Source: Planctomycetota bacterium
GTDB lineage: Bacteria; Planctomycetota; UBA8108; SXIK01
Assembly (NCBI GenBank): GCA_965223845.1
Contig: CBDCXR010000004.1
Span: 5,280,001 to 5,344,000, forward strand
DNA: 64,000 bases
Direction of reading: 5' to 3'
This document shows, in pieces, positions 29,208 to 39,581 of the stretch. Positions within the stretch are counted from its first letter, which is position 1. Each line of letters opens with the position of its first letter. The notes beneath the pieces were generated by a model. That model did no database searches and had not been told where the DNA came from. It saw only the letters and a program-made list of their open reading frames with translations. Made by a program: the position numbers and the translations under genes.

Positions 29208-31007
29208 TCAGCGCGTTCTCTCGGGGTGGTATCCCACCCACCCGATCATCATTTCTTCCCACGTCTGGTCGCCCCAACGCACCGCTTTGGTCGCGTCGGG
29301 GTTCGCAGGGTTCTCGGCCGAATTGTCGAAGTGTGCGACGCAGTCGATGCGCGTTCCCTTCGGAAGTCGGAGCGGCTCGGACAGTCGGTAGGTGTTCTGC
29401 CAATTGAAGTCATACGCCGGCACCGAGAGGAGGATTTCGCTCCGCCCGCTCGGATACGTCGCGCGGTAAAGAAAATCCTTTCCGCGCAGGTGCATGTGCG
29501 GCATGAGCGTGAGGAGGCGGACGTCACGCCCGAAGGTGAAGCTCGAGCGAACTTCGTGGTGCGAGGCTCCCGCGGGGATCTCGAAGCGCGTGTTCATGAT
29601 CCCCTTTGTCTGCGCGGCGTACTCGGGCGGCCCGTCTCCCTTGTAGAGAACGAGACCGACCATGGATCGATCCTTCTCGACCTTTCCGGTCGGAGTGTAG
29701 TGCATTTGAAAAAGCAGCTCGGCTCCCGCCGGGATGCGCTTCCCGATGCCCGCCGGCAGAATCAGCGGAGGATCGCCCGGAGCTGTCCCGCAGATGCTTC
29801 CGCGCTCTCTGACGTCGCCGTTCTCTCCCGGGACGCGGTAGAAGACGATGATGTGATGCACAACCGCGCGGTTCCCTGGTCGCGCTTCGGCCGCTTGAAT
29901 CCAAACGTCTTCTTCGAAGTTTGTCGGCACCGTGTAGTACTGATACGGGACGACGCCATCGGCCGGTATCGTGACCTCGTCCTCGAGCTCGAAGACGAGA
30001 TCCGGCTCGTCGATCGTCCAGCCCTCGGCGTACTTCTTCGGCGGCGGCAGATCCTTCGTTTCCCCGAACGGAGTTCCCGCGTCGATCCACTCGATGAGTG
30101 TGTCGACTTCCGACTGCGGCATACGGCGATTGTTGGAGAAGTGACCGTAACGAGGATCGGCGTGCCACGGCGGCATCCGCCGAAGGGTGACCACCTCTTT
30201 GATCATCGCCGAGTTGTCGACGACGTCGTCGTAGGTAAGGAGAGGAAACGGCCCGATCATGCCGGGGCGATGGCATTCGTGACAGCGCCGCTCGACGATG
30301 CGCGAAATCTCCTTCGCGTAGGTGACCGACGACGGAGAGGCTTGTCGATCCCGCTTCGTGATCAGACAGCCGAGCGGATCCGTCTCGGCGATCGTCACCT
30401 TCTGGTTCGCGAGAAGTTCTCGGACGGCTTCTCGAAGATCGCGCCGCCGCGGCTCGTCGCGCTTGTAGGTGTAACCGAAGCGATCGTCGACGCGTCCGTG
30501 GTATCGGACGATGCGCTGGGCATCGAGGACAAAGACTTCCGCCGTTCGCGTCGCTCCGAGGAGATCTGCGACGCGTTGCTCGGCGTCGAGAAGAACGGGA
30601 AACGCAACCTCGTACTCTTTCGCGTGCGCGACGATGGCTTCCTGCGTCACTCCCGCGTTCGCTTGGATCCCGATCACGTGAACGCCGCGCGCGGAGTGGG
30701 ACCGCTCGAGCTCGCCGAGCTCCTTCAGATAGAGATTCGAAATGGGACAACCGGTCCCCATGAAGAAGAGGACGACGGCTCGGCCCGACTTGAAGTCCGT
30801 GAGGGCGACGCGCTTCCCGTTCTGGTCGGGCAGAATGAAGTCCGCGACCTTGCGGCCGACGATCGCGGATGTCTTCGGGGCGCCAAAGACCTTCCTCGCC
30901 GCGTTTTCGGCATCGTCCGCGAGGACGAAGAGCGGTGTGAGCGCGAGGAGTCCGGCGATCGAAAGTCGATTCCGAGCGCTAAACCGAGAACGAAGCGAAG
31001 CGGTCAT
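29208..31007 (-). CDS. Secreted redoxin + cytochrome c + copper-monooxygenase-like fusion protein
   Basis: AhpC/TSA domain (DFILPDQNG...GTGCPIS), CHECH heme motif, VVHHII, PHMHLRG, EEMM. Confidence 0.8.
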   Translation of the reverse strand: MTASLRSRFSARNRLSIAGLLALTPLFVLADDAENAARKVFGAPKTSAIVGRKVADFILPDQNGKRVALTDFKSGRAVVLFFMGTGCPISNLYLKELGELERSHSARGVHVIGIQANAGVTQEAIVAHAKEYEVAFPVLLDAEQRVADLLGATRTAEVFVLDAQRIVRYHGRVDDRFGYTYKRDEPRRRDLREAVRELLANQKVTIAETDPLGCLITKRDRQASPSSVTYAKEISRIVERRCHECHRPGMIGPFPLLTYDDVVDNSAMIKEVVTLRRMPPWHADPRYGHFSNNRRMPQSEVDTLIEWIDAGTPFGETKDLPPPKKYAEGWTIDEPDLVFELEDEVTIPADGVVPYQYYTVPTNFEEDVWIQAAEARPGNRAVVHHIIVFYRVPGENGDVRERGSICGTAPGDPPLILPAGIGKRIPAGAELLFQMHYTPTGKVEKDRSMVGLVLYKGDGPPEYAAQTKGIMNTRFEIPAGASHHEVRSSFTFGRDVRLLTLMPHMHLRGKDFLYRATYPSGRSEILLSVPAYDFNWQNTYRLSEPLRLPKGTRIDCVAHFDNSAENPANPDATKAVRWGDQTWEEMMIGWVGYHPERTR

Positions 31008-31431
31008 CGAGCGAGTCTCCCGTCGAGTCTTGATCTGGGTAGGTAGCCCATCCGCCCAATCTACGCCGTCTCGCGGCGCGATTCTACGAACGATCGCACG
31101 CGTCGTGACTTTCGCGCGCGGAGACCGGGCACCGATCAGAGAATCTCGATCCGCGTCTCGATTCCGGGTGCACGAGCGATCGCAGCATCCCGAGCAACGA
31201 AGCTCGCATCGCAAGATGACGTCCTCGGCCGTCAGGATGCACGAGACCCGAACACGGCCCCAGCAACGGACGCGCAGAGAACGCGGGCGGCGAAGGTCGG
31301 CCGAATCGTCGAGCGGATCTCCGCCGCGAAGCGAGTTCATCGCTCCCGAAGGCGGGAACTGGAGGCCGCCCGCACGGCCACCCGACCGCGCTCACGGAGA
31401 CCGAAACCGCCCCACCCCCCAAAAACTCCCG

Positions 31432-33303
31432 TCACCTACGAACCACCCTCACCGCCATCCCACCCCGCTCGCTGAGCGGCACCTCGAGAACGGTCTTCGA
31501 AGTCACGCGTCGGCGCTCGATCCCCACCTTGGTGCGGGTTCCGACCGATGGATCGTCCCGGTAGATGTGCGCTTCGTAGTCGACCTCGTCCTCGAGGAAG
31601 TCGAATGTGACCTGGATCGTCCGCGGCGCGACGGCGTTGAGGCAGCCCACGAACCACTCGCTCCCCTTCCGCCGCGCGATCACCGCGTACTCGCCGATCT
31701 TCGAGTGGAGGACGCGGGTGTCGTCCCAGGTCGTGGGGAGATGCCGGAAGAACTCGAGCTCCGGCTCGCCGCTCGCGTTCGACGGGCGGTCGTACCAGAA
31801 GAGAAACTGCCACGGACTGAAGAAGAGAACGGTCTTTGCGAGTTGCGCGGCGTGCGATGTCTTCTCGTCGACGTAGCCGTTGTAGTAGCAAAACGTGTGA
31901 TCCGCCGGCGCCACGATCATGCGCGTGAACAAGTTTGCGAGCGCTTGTTCGTTCGGCGGCCGCGTCTCGTCGCCGCCGATGCCCTCGGCGGTCATGAAGT
32001 TCGGGTAGCTGCGCTGCCAGCCGGTCATCCGATACTCGTCGTGGACGTCCACCATGATCTCGTGCGCGGCGGTCTTTCGAATCGCGTCGTGCATCCACGC
32101 GGTCCACTTCTGTGATCCGTGTTGAACGAACCCGTACTTGATGCCGCTGATCCCCCACTTTCGATAGAGGGGAAGAAGCTCGTCGAGCTGGCGCTCGAGA
32201 TGGCGACGGTTGACGTAGACGATGACTCCGATGCCGCGCTCCTTCGCGTAGCGAATCACCTCCTCGAGATCGAGATTCGGACGCGACACCGTCCGCGCGT
32301 CGGCTTTTTCGTCGCGCTCGTTCCCGTACCAACCCGCGTCGTACTCGATGAACTCTAGTCCGTACTCGACGGCAAAATCGACGCAAGCCTTCCCGCCGTC
32401 GGTCGAAAGCGATATTTCCCGGATCACCTTTCCGGGCTTGATCCAGCTCGTATCCTCGATCGCACAGGGTTCGTTCAGATTGAGGATGAGGTCGTTGTTC
32501 TCGAGGAGTCGGCCCGGCGAATCGGCCGCCATGATGACGCGCCACGGAGTCTTCACGGGTAGCGAAAGTCGCACCTCGTCGTGGAGTCTCGAGACGAGCG
32601 TATGCTCGACTCGCTTCGAGCGCCGGAGCCGCATACGCGAATAGTCGACGAGCGCTGCCTCGGCTAGGGCGATCACGCCGTCCTTCGTCTCGAGCACGCA
32701 CGGCCGCTCTACACTGTGTTTGATCTCGCTCAGCTTCACCCTTTCGTACTTGCCTTGAGCCGAGTAGACGGCCCAGAGATCGTGGTCGGCATCGAAACGG
32801 AACTCCGTTTCTTCGCTCGCGATCTCGAGTTCCTCTCGTCCGGGGCCCTCGGCGACGTGGTAGCGGAAGGCCACGCCTTCGTCATACGCCCGGACTTCGA
32901 GCTCGAACGAAGCCGCTGGACTTGACCGCCGAAAGCGAACGGTAAGCCGGCGATGCCGATCACGGACCATCGACCGCTCCCCCCAAACGGGGGTCCAGGT
33001 CGTGTCGTGATCACTCGCAGCCACGTGCTCGAGCAAATCGAATCCGCGCGTCCAATCGACGTCGCCCGCGAGCACGAATCCGAGCCCACTCGACCGGATG
33101 ATCCGGCGGCCCGAGTGCTGGACGCGGTAAACGGGCCGACCGCCATCGTCGAGCGCGAGCTCGATTCGAAACGTGCGATTCGGAGATTCGAGCGCGTATC
33201 GTTCGGTCGAGTCGCGGTCGCCGGCGCAAACCGGACGCATCGCGACGATGACGACACACGCGAGGAGTGCGACGTCGACGAGTCTCTTGCTACGAGGAAT
33301 CAT
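31432..33303 (-). CDS. Glycoside hydrolase family 97
   Basis: RAYDEGVAFRY, TPWRVIM, LNLNEP...SWIKPGK, DAGWY, PTTWDDT, YAVIARRKG..WFVG. Confidence 0.93.
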   Translation of the reverse strand: MIPRSKRLVDVALLACVVIVAMRPVCAGDRDSTERYALESPNRTFRIELALDDGGRPVYRVQHSGRRIIRSSGLGFVLAGDVDWTRGFDLLEHVAASDHDTTWTPVWGERSMVRDRHRRLTVRFRRSSPAASFELEVRAYDEGVAFRYHVAEGPGREELEIASEETEFRFDADHDLWAVYSAQGKYERVKLSEIKHSVERPCVLETKDGVIALAEAALVDYSRMRLRRSKRVEHTLVSRLHDEVRLSLPVKTPWRVIMAADSPGRLLENNDLILNLNEPCAIEDTSWIKPGKVIREISLSTDGGKACVDFAVEYGLEFIEYDAGWYGNERDEKADARTVSRPNLDLEEVIRYAKERGIGVIVYVNRRHLERQLDELLPLYRKWGISGIKYGFVQHGSQKWTAWMHDAIRKTAAHEIMVDVHDEYRMTGWQRSYPNFMTAEGIGGDETRPPNEQALANLFTRMIVAPADHTFCYYNGYVDEKTSHAAQLAKTVLFFSPWQFLFWYDRPSNASGEPELEFFRHLPTTWDDTRVLHSKIGEYAVIARRKGSEWFVGCLNAVAPRTIQVTFDFLEDEVDYEAHIYRDDPSVGTRTKVGIERRRVTSKTVLEVPLSERGGMAVRVVRR

Positions 33304-33389
33304 GCGTGTCACCTGCGCGTCGGCAATTCGGTCGGCACGTCCGGAGCAAGCTCGACCGCGTGCGAGGCGGACGCACAAATCCTGCCCGT

Positions 33390-34133
33390 TCAATAGCCGC
33401 GGGCGGTCAGCGCCGCCCGAGCAGCGCGAGCTAGGCGTGCATTGTCGTCTTTCTCGAGCTCTCGGAGAAGCGGAACCAAGGCGGGATCGTCGGGGACGAC
33501 GAGAAGGAGGGACGCGAGCGCACCTCGTCGGACGGCCGATCGTTCGTCAGACGATCTAGTGATGCGCATCAACTCGTCGCGCGCAGGCCCCGCCGCAGGC
33601 CCGAGCCTTCCCAGGGTCGCGAGAGCCACCTCCCGAAGTTCCGGCTCGGACAGACGCTCGACAAGACGGGGAACGGCGTCACCGGCCGATTCGCCGAACT
33701 CGCCGAGCGCGCGGACCGCAAGCGCGCGGACGTCGAGCGTCTCGTCGTCAAGCCGTTCAACCAGAGCTGGAACCACGCGGTCGCCGAGTTCGGGATCGGC
33801 GATCGATTCGAGCCATCGAATCGCGTGCACCCGCGCGGCAGCCGACTCATCCTCAAGCGCCGCGAGTCGCTCGGCGAGCGTTCGCTCGAAGTCGTCTTCC
33901 GGAGAAGCCTTTGGCTCGCTTGACGGCGGTGGTTCCGCGCGTGGCGAAACACGCGGATTCGACACCGGTGGCTCGGGTGCGCGATCGGGTTCGAAGCTGA
34001 CCGGCGGCTCGTCCGAGGGCTCGCCGTTGTCTTCTTCGCGCGGCTCGCCGCCGCCCGACGTCCAGTAGAAGGCCCCCACGAACAAGAGAAGCAGCAATCC
34101 GGCGACGGACGCCCCGATCTTCGCGGTGTGCAT
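33390..34133 (-). CDS. Membrane-anchored HEAT-repeat protein
   Basis: N-terminal TM, Pro/Glu linker, repeats of VPALVERL.D....VR..A..ALG. Confidence 0.8.
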   Translation of the reverse strand: MHTAKIGASVAGLLLLLFVGAFYWTSGGGEPREEDNGEPSDEPPVSFEPDRAPEPPVSNPRVSPRAEPPPSSEPKASPEDDFERTLAERLAALEDESAAARVHAIRWLESIADPELGDRVVPALVERLDDETLDVRALAVRALGEFGESAGDAVPRLVERLSEPELREVALATLGRLGPAAGPARDELMRITRSSDERSAVRRGALASLLLVVPDDPALVPLLRELEKDDNARLARAARAALTARGY

Positions 34134-34215
34134 GGAAATCACGGACGCCGTCGGGAGACCGCGCGTCGCCCATCCACCGGGGGCGGGCGACGCGCATCTC
34201 CTTCGGGATTCCTTC

Positions 34216-36705
34216 CTACTGACCGCAGTCCGACTGCGCCGCCTCGCTCACGAGATCGTCGAAGAGATCGTCCGAGATGAGGCCCATGTTGACGAACGCC
34301 CGGGCGGTCCGAACCAAAGCGGAGACCCGCGCGCCGTGATTTCGCCACGAGGACATCGTGCCGATCGGATGCTCACACGGAACGAGTTGATCGATCGTGC
34401 AACCGGTCGACGGGTCGATCACTTCGCCGAGAGGCGTGTACTCACACTCGTCCACGTCGCTCGCGACGCCGTCGCCGTCGACGTCCGCGTCGCAGGCATC
34501 GCCGATCGAGTCGCCGTCGAAGTCAAGCTGATCGCCGTTCGGATCCACGGGACAGTTGTCGACGTCGTTCGCGACATCGTCGCCATCCCGGTCGGCGTCG
34601 CAGACGTCGCCGATGTCGTCGTCGTCCTGGTCGGCCTGTGACGCGTTCGGGACGTCGACGCAATTGTCGAAGTCGTTCAGATGTCCGTCGCCGTCGAGAT
34701 CGTCGTCGCACGCGTCGCCGAACGCATCGCCGTCGAGGTTCTCCTGAAGCGGATCGAAATCGTTCGGACACAAATCGACGTCGTCCGGAACACCGTCGCC
34801 GTCCGCGTCCCCCGAAAGGTCGCAGGCGTCGCCGATGCCGTCGCCGTCCGTATCCGCCTGGTCGGCGTTCGGCGTGAGCGGGCAATTGTCGCTCGCATCA
34901 TCGACCCCGTCGCCGTCGTCGTCGTCGTCGCACGCGTCTCCCGCACCGTCGCCGTCCGTGTCGCTCTGATCGGTGTTCGCGATCTGGGGACAGTTGTCAC
35001 TGCCATCCAGCGCACCGTCGTTGTCGTCGTCCTCGTCGCAAGCGTCGCCGAGGCCATCGCCGTCGAGGTCGGCTTGCCCGGGATTGACGACGAGCGGACA
35101 ATTGTCGTCGATGTCGACCGAGCCGTCCCCGTCATCATCGTCGTCGCAGACGTCGCCCGCACCGTCACCGTCCGTGTCGTCCTGACCGACGTTGACGACG
35201 AGCGGACAGTTGTCCGAGTCGTTCACCACCCCGTCGCCGTCCGTATCGTCGTCGCAAGCGTCTCCCGTTCCGTCGCCGTCGAGGTCGTCCTGATCCGGGT
35301 TCGGTTCGAACGGGCAGTTGTCCACGTCGTCGGTCAAGCCGTCGTCATCGTCGTCCGCGTCGCACTCGTCACCCGCACCGTCACCGTCGCTGTCGGTTTG
35401 GTCGGGATTGGGGTTCGAAGGACAGTTGTCTGCGCCATTCAGCTCGCCATCGCCATCGATGTCGTCGTCGCACGCGTCACCGGCGCCGTCGCCATCGAGA
35501 TCCGCCTGGTCGGGATCCGCGACGAACGGACAGACGTCGGAGAGATCGTCGATGCCGTCATTGTCATCGTCGTCGTCGCAGGCATCGCCCGCTCCGTCGT
35601 CGTCATTGTCCGCCTGGTCCGAGTTCGCGGTCGCGGGACAGTTGTCACTCACATCGATGACGCCGTCGTTGTCATCGTCTGAGTCGCAGGCGTCACCGGC
35701 ACCGTCACCGTCGAGGTCGTCCTGATCTGCATTCGAGCTCGAGGGGCAGTTATCCGAGCCGTTGTCGACTCCGTCTCCATCGATGTCGGGATCACACGCG
35801 TCTCCGACACCGTCGAGATCGAGGTCCTCCTGACCGGCGTTCGCGTCCACGGGGCAGTTGTCGTCCACATCGTCGATCGAGTCGCCGTCGTCGTCGGGGT
35901 CGCAGGCGTCGCCGATGCCGTCCGTGTCGAGATCGTCCTGATCTGGATTCGCGAGCACGGGGCAGTTGTCGACGCCATCGGCCACGCCGTCCCCATCGTC
36001 GTCGGGGTCGCAGACGTCGCCCGCCCCGTCGCCATCGAGATCTTCCTGACCCGGATTCGCATCGACCGGACAGTTGTCCGTGACGTCCGCCTCACCGTCC
36101 CCATCGTCATCGGGGTCGCAGACGTCGCCTGCCCCGTCGCCATCGAGATCTTCCTGGCCCGGATTCGCATCGACCGGACAGTTGTCCGTGACGTCCGCCT
36201 CACCGTCCCCATCGTCATCGGGGTCGCAGACATCGCCTGCCCCGTCGCCATCGAGATCTTCCTGGCCCGGATTCGCGTCCGAGGGGCAATTGTCCGACCC
36301 GTCCGGCACTCCGTCGCCGTCGGCGTCCGGATCACCCGTGTCACAAGCGTCGCCGATTCCGTCGCCATCGGAATCCGCCTGATCCGTGTTGAACGTGCTG
36401 GGGCAATTGTCGCAAGCGTCGCCAACGCCATCGCCCTCGGAGTCCAACTGAGTGTTGTTGGGAACGGTGGGACAGTTGTCTAGGTCGTTCGGAAACAGAT
36501 CCCCGTCGATGTTCGGATCGCAGACGTCGCCGACGCCGTCCCCGTCCAGGTCTTCCTGGCCCGGATTCGCGTCCGCCGGACAATTGTCATCGCCGTCCGC
36601 GATCCCATCTCCGTCCGTGTCGACAACCTGTGCGGAGAGCCCCGAACCAATCCACAGGACGAATAGAACCGCTAACCCACCCCTGACCCACGCATGAGCC
36701 TGCAT
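34216..36705 (-). CDS. Secreted thrombospondin type-3 repeat (Ca-binding) protein
   Basis: Signal peptide, about 20 DNCP..N..Q.D.DGDG.GD.CD units, short C-terminal WRNHG domain. Confidence 0.93.
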   Translation of the reverse strand: MQAHAWVRGGLAVLFVLWIGSGLSAQVVDTDGDGIADGDDNCPADANPGQEDLDGDGVGDVCDPNIDGDLFPNDLDNCPTVPNNTQLDSEGDGVGDACDNCPSTFNTDQADSDGDGIGDACDTGDPDADGDGVPDGSDNCPSDANPGQEDLDGDGAGDVCDPDDDGDGEADVTDNCPVDANPGQEDLDGDGAGDVCDPDDDGDGEADVTDNCPVDANPGQEDLDGDGAGDVCDPDDDGDGVADGVDNCPVLANPDQDDLDTDGIGDACDPDDDGDSIDDVDDNCPVDANAGQEDLDLDGVGDACDPDIDGDGVDNGSDNCPSSSNADQDDLDGDGAGDACDSDDDNDGVIDVSDNCPATANSDQADNDDDGAGDACDDDDDNDGIDDLSDVCPFVADPDQADLDGDGAGDACDDDIDGDGELNGADNCPSNPNPDQTDSDGDGAGDECDADDDDDGLTDDVDNCPFEPNPDQDDLDGDGTGDACDDDTDGDGVVNDSDNCPLVVNVGQDDTDGDGAGDVCDDDDDGDGSVDIDDNCPLVVNPGQADLDGDGLGDACDEDDDNDGALDGSDNCPQIANTDQSDTDGDGAGDACDDDDDGDGVDDASDNCPLTPNADQADTDGDGIGDACDLSGDADGDGVPDDVDLCPNDFDPLQENLDGDAFGDACDDDLDGDGHLNDFDNCVDVPNASQADQDDDDIGDVCDADRDGDDVANDVDNCPVDPNGDQLDFDGDSIGDACDADVDGDGVASDVDECEYTPLGEVIDPSTGCTIDQLVPCEHPIGTMSSWRNHGARVSALVRTARAFVNMGLISDDLFDDLVSEAAQSDCGQ
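35987..36277. repeat. Near-identical 108-bp coding tandem repeat (about 2.7 copies)
   Basis: Unit ...tcggggtcgcagacgtcgcc.gccccgtcgccatcgagatcttcctg.cccggattcgc... recurs at 108-nt spacing. Confidence 0.85.
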
Positions 36706-36933
36706 GGTCAGATTCTCCTAGGGAAAGAATTGTCGACTAAATCTACGCACGCCCCGACCCGACACCGAAGTGAGTCGATTCATCTTAGCCAAGCGACTCC
36801 GCGAGGCAAAGGCGAGGCTCGAATCTCGAGTCGCAGAGCGGCAGGAACGCGCGCTTGGGAGCGGGCGTGTTGGAACGATAGTCGTGCGCAAAACAGCGCA
36901 AGCGAGCTGACGACCGAACTCGGACGGGTCGCG

Positions 36934-37105
36934 TCACGCAAGCGGGTCGGTGGCCACCTGTCCGTGCCCGTCGGTGAGACGGAAATCTCGTCCCTCGTAC
37001 CGGAAGGTGAGACGTCGGTGATCGATTCCGAGTGCGTGGAGAATCGTCGCCTGGCGGTGCACGTGAACGGGATCTTCGACGACGTTGCAGCCGAACTCAT
37101 CCGTG
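36934..37105 (-). pseudogene. C-terminal remnant of a DUF1501 gene
   Basis: [45 protein letters not shown] is the characteristic DUF1501 C-terminus; no N-terminal part is present. Confidence 0.75.
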
Positions 37106-37129
37106 CGCGTCTTTTTCTCCGACACTCGA

Positions 37130-39397
37130 TCACGCTGAGACGCGAATCGGTCCGTCCGGATCGGAGCGCTCGCGCACGGTTCCGATGAGAGACGCGCGCG
37201 CGTAACCACGACGCTTGAGCTCTTCGACGCACTTCTCCGCCCGGTCGGCCGGAACTCCGGCGAGCAATCCGCCGCTCGTCTGCGGATCGAAGAGCAGCGG
37301 ATACCGCGCGAACGAACCGGCTTCGTCGAGGTTCGCGACCGCGCGGCGGAGGCGCACGTTCTGCGGTTGCAGCGAGCTCAAGATTCCGGCGCGCGCCGTC
37401 GCCTCGGCACCGTCGAGAACCGGAAGCTCACCGAGGTCGATCTCCGCGTCGATCTCCGAAGCGCGCGTCATCTCGACGAGATGTCCCAGCACGCCGAATC
37501 CCGTGACATCCGTGCACGCGGTCGCGCCGTGCTCCCGCAGGCAATCGGCAGCCGCGCGATTCGACGCGAGCATCGACGCGATCGCACCGGCGATCCACCG
37601 TCCCTTCGCCTTGAGGCGCATGTTCGCTGCGAAGAGCGTGCCGGTGCCGATCGGTTTCGTGAGGACGAGTCGATCGCCCGGTCGAAGCCCCGTCTTCTGC
37701 AGGACTTCGCGCGGATCGATGAGCCCCGTGAGCGCGAAACCGAGCGCTAGCTCTGCGCCCTCGCTCGTGTGACCGCCGATGAGTGCGACGTTTTCCGCGC
37801 GGAAGACTTCGATCGCTCCGCGGAGCAATTGCTCGAGTGTCTCTTCGACCTTGGCCTCGAGTCCGTACGGAATCGTCACGATGGCGAGTGCGGTGTGCGG
37901 TTCCGCCCCCATGGCAAAGAGATCGCCGAGACTGTGGTTTGCCGCGATCTTCCCAAAGACGTAGGGGTCGTCCACGATCGCGCGAAACGCGTCGACGGTA
38001 TGAACGACCGATTTCCCCGCGGGAACGTCAACGACCGCCGCGTCGTCCGGAGAGTCGAGTCCGATGCGCACCTCGTCGCGCGAGGGCGCGTCGAGCCGCG
38101 GCAGGATGCGCTCGAGAACCGACGCTCCGACCTTCGCGCCACAGCCGCCACAGCGCATCGCGATCGTCGAGAGCTCACGGACGGCGTCGTCCGTGGCGAC
38201 TCCCTCGGCGAGCGGCGGGGCCCCATCGGCGGCCATCGCGGGAAGGTCTCCGTACTTCTCCATGAACCGCCGGTCGATGCGATCCTTCCAGCGCCAGACC
38301 CACGCGCCCTCTGCCGCCCACGGCCCTCGGGACGCGATCGCGTAGCGGTCACCCGTGCTGATGAGACTGAGAAACTGACGCTGAGGACGAAACGGCTGGA
38401 GCGGCTCGCCGGTGAGTGCGTTCCGCAGGTTCGCGAGCAGCGGCCGACCTTGCCGGACCGCGAACACACCTGCCTTCTCTCGCGGATAGGGGACGACGGC
38501 CGCGACGTCGCCCGCCGCGAACACGCCCGGGTGGGACGTCGATTCAAGCGTCGCCCCGACGCGAACGAAGCCGCGCTCGTCGACGTCGAGCCCGGCGGCG
38601 CCCAGCCAATCCGGCGCGCCGGCGTCCGTCACCCACACGATCTCGTCGCAGCGGTGCACTTCGCCCGAATCGAGCTCCATCTCCCCTCCGGTAACGCGTG
38701 CCACGCGCGCGTTCGTATGGACGCGAACGGCTCGCTCCTCGAGAATGCGAGTGAGCTTTCGCCGCACGCGAGCATTGAGAGTGGGAAGAATCTGCGGCGC
38801 CGCGCCGAACACGTGGAACTCGAGGTCCGCCGGCGAGCGGCCGTCGACTTCGCATTCCCGCCGGAGGGCGTACTGCATCGCGAGCGTGATCTCGATGCCG
38901 CCAACGCCCGCGCCGACGACAGCGATGCGACTCGTTCCCGCAGCATTCCGCACGCGCTCGCGGAGAACCTCCCACCGCGCGGTGAAATTGTTGATCGGCT
39001 TCACCGGGACCGAGTGTTCCGCGGCGCCCGGGACCCGCCGCACCGCCGGCGTCGAGCCGATGTTGATCGAGAGAACGTCGTAGGCAATCGGCGGGCGATC
39101 GGAGAACAGAACCCGCCCCGATTCGAGATCGAGACCGATCGCGGCGTCGTGTATGAGTCGTGCGCCGGCGAACGCCGAGAGCGGCCCGAGGTCGATGTGC
39201 GTCTCGTCGAAGGTGTAATGCCCGGCGACGAGACCCGGGAGCATTCCCGAATACGGGGTGTGCACGTCGCGTGTGACGAGCGTGACGCGCACGCCGTCGA
39301 GCGGCCGCATGCCGAAACCCTTTAGGACGGCGACGTGGCTGTGCCCACCTCCGAGGAGGACGAGATCCTTGACGACGATGGAGGGCGATCCGTGCAT
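37130..39397 (-). CDS. selD: Selenide, water dikinase fused to an N-terminal FAD-dependent (NADH dehydrogenase-like) oxidoreductase
   Basis: GGGHSH and GAGVGG FAD/NAD motifs, then [40 protein letters not shown]. Confidence 0.93.
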   Translation of the reverse strand: MHGSPSIVVKDLVLLGGGHSHVAVLKGFGMRPLDGVRVTLVTRDVHTPYSGMLPGLVAGHYTFDETHIDLGPLSAFAGARLIHDAAIGLDLESGRVLFSDRPPIAYDVLSINIGSTPAVRRVPGAAEHSVPVKPINNFTARWEVLRERVRNAAGTSRIAVVGAGVGGIEITLAMQYALRRECEVDGRSPADLEFHVFGAAPQILPTLNARVRRKLTRILEERAVRVHTNARVARVTGGEMELDSGEVHRCDEIVWVTDAGAPDWLGAAGLDVDERGFVRVGATLESTSHPGVFAAGDVAAVVPYPREKAGVFAVRQGRPLLANLRNALTGEPLQPFRPQRQFLSLISTGDRYAIASRGPWAAEGAWVWRWKDRIDRRFMEKYGDLPAMAADGAPPLAEGVATDDAVRELSTIAMRCGGCGAKVGASVLERILPRLDAPSRDEVRIGLDSPDDAAVVDVPAGKSVVHTVDAFRAIVDDPYVFGKIAANHSLGDLFAMGAEPHTALAIVTIPYGLEAKVEETLEQLLRGAIEVFRAENVALIGGHTSEGAELALGFALTGLIDPREVLQKTGLRPGDRLVLTKPIGTGTLFAANMRLKAKGRWIAGAIASMLASNRAAADCLREHGATACTDVTGFGVLGHLVEMTRASEIDAEIDLGELPVLDGAEATARAGILSSLQPQNVRLRRAVANLDEAGSFARYPLLFDPQTSGGLLAGVPADRAEKCVEELKRRGYARASLIGTVRERSDPDGPIRVSA

Positions 39398-39581
39398 GCG
39401 GCGGCTACGAGTTTGGCGCGGGACGAGTGAATCGCGCACGATGAGAACGCAAACGCGGGAGCGGAGCAAGGCGTCGACGCGCATTCGACCGATTCTGTAG
39501 AATCCTCTGCACAGGCTCGATCGTTCGCCGCGACGGGCACCTCGTTCGTCATCGATTCCTCAGCCCAACCCGCAAATCATC

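Noticed and set aside
34216-36705. Regularly spaced DNA repeats resembling an array
   Set aside because: They are in-frame coding TSP3 repeats with no unique spacers and no cas genes, so this is not CRISPR.
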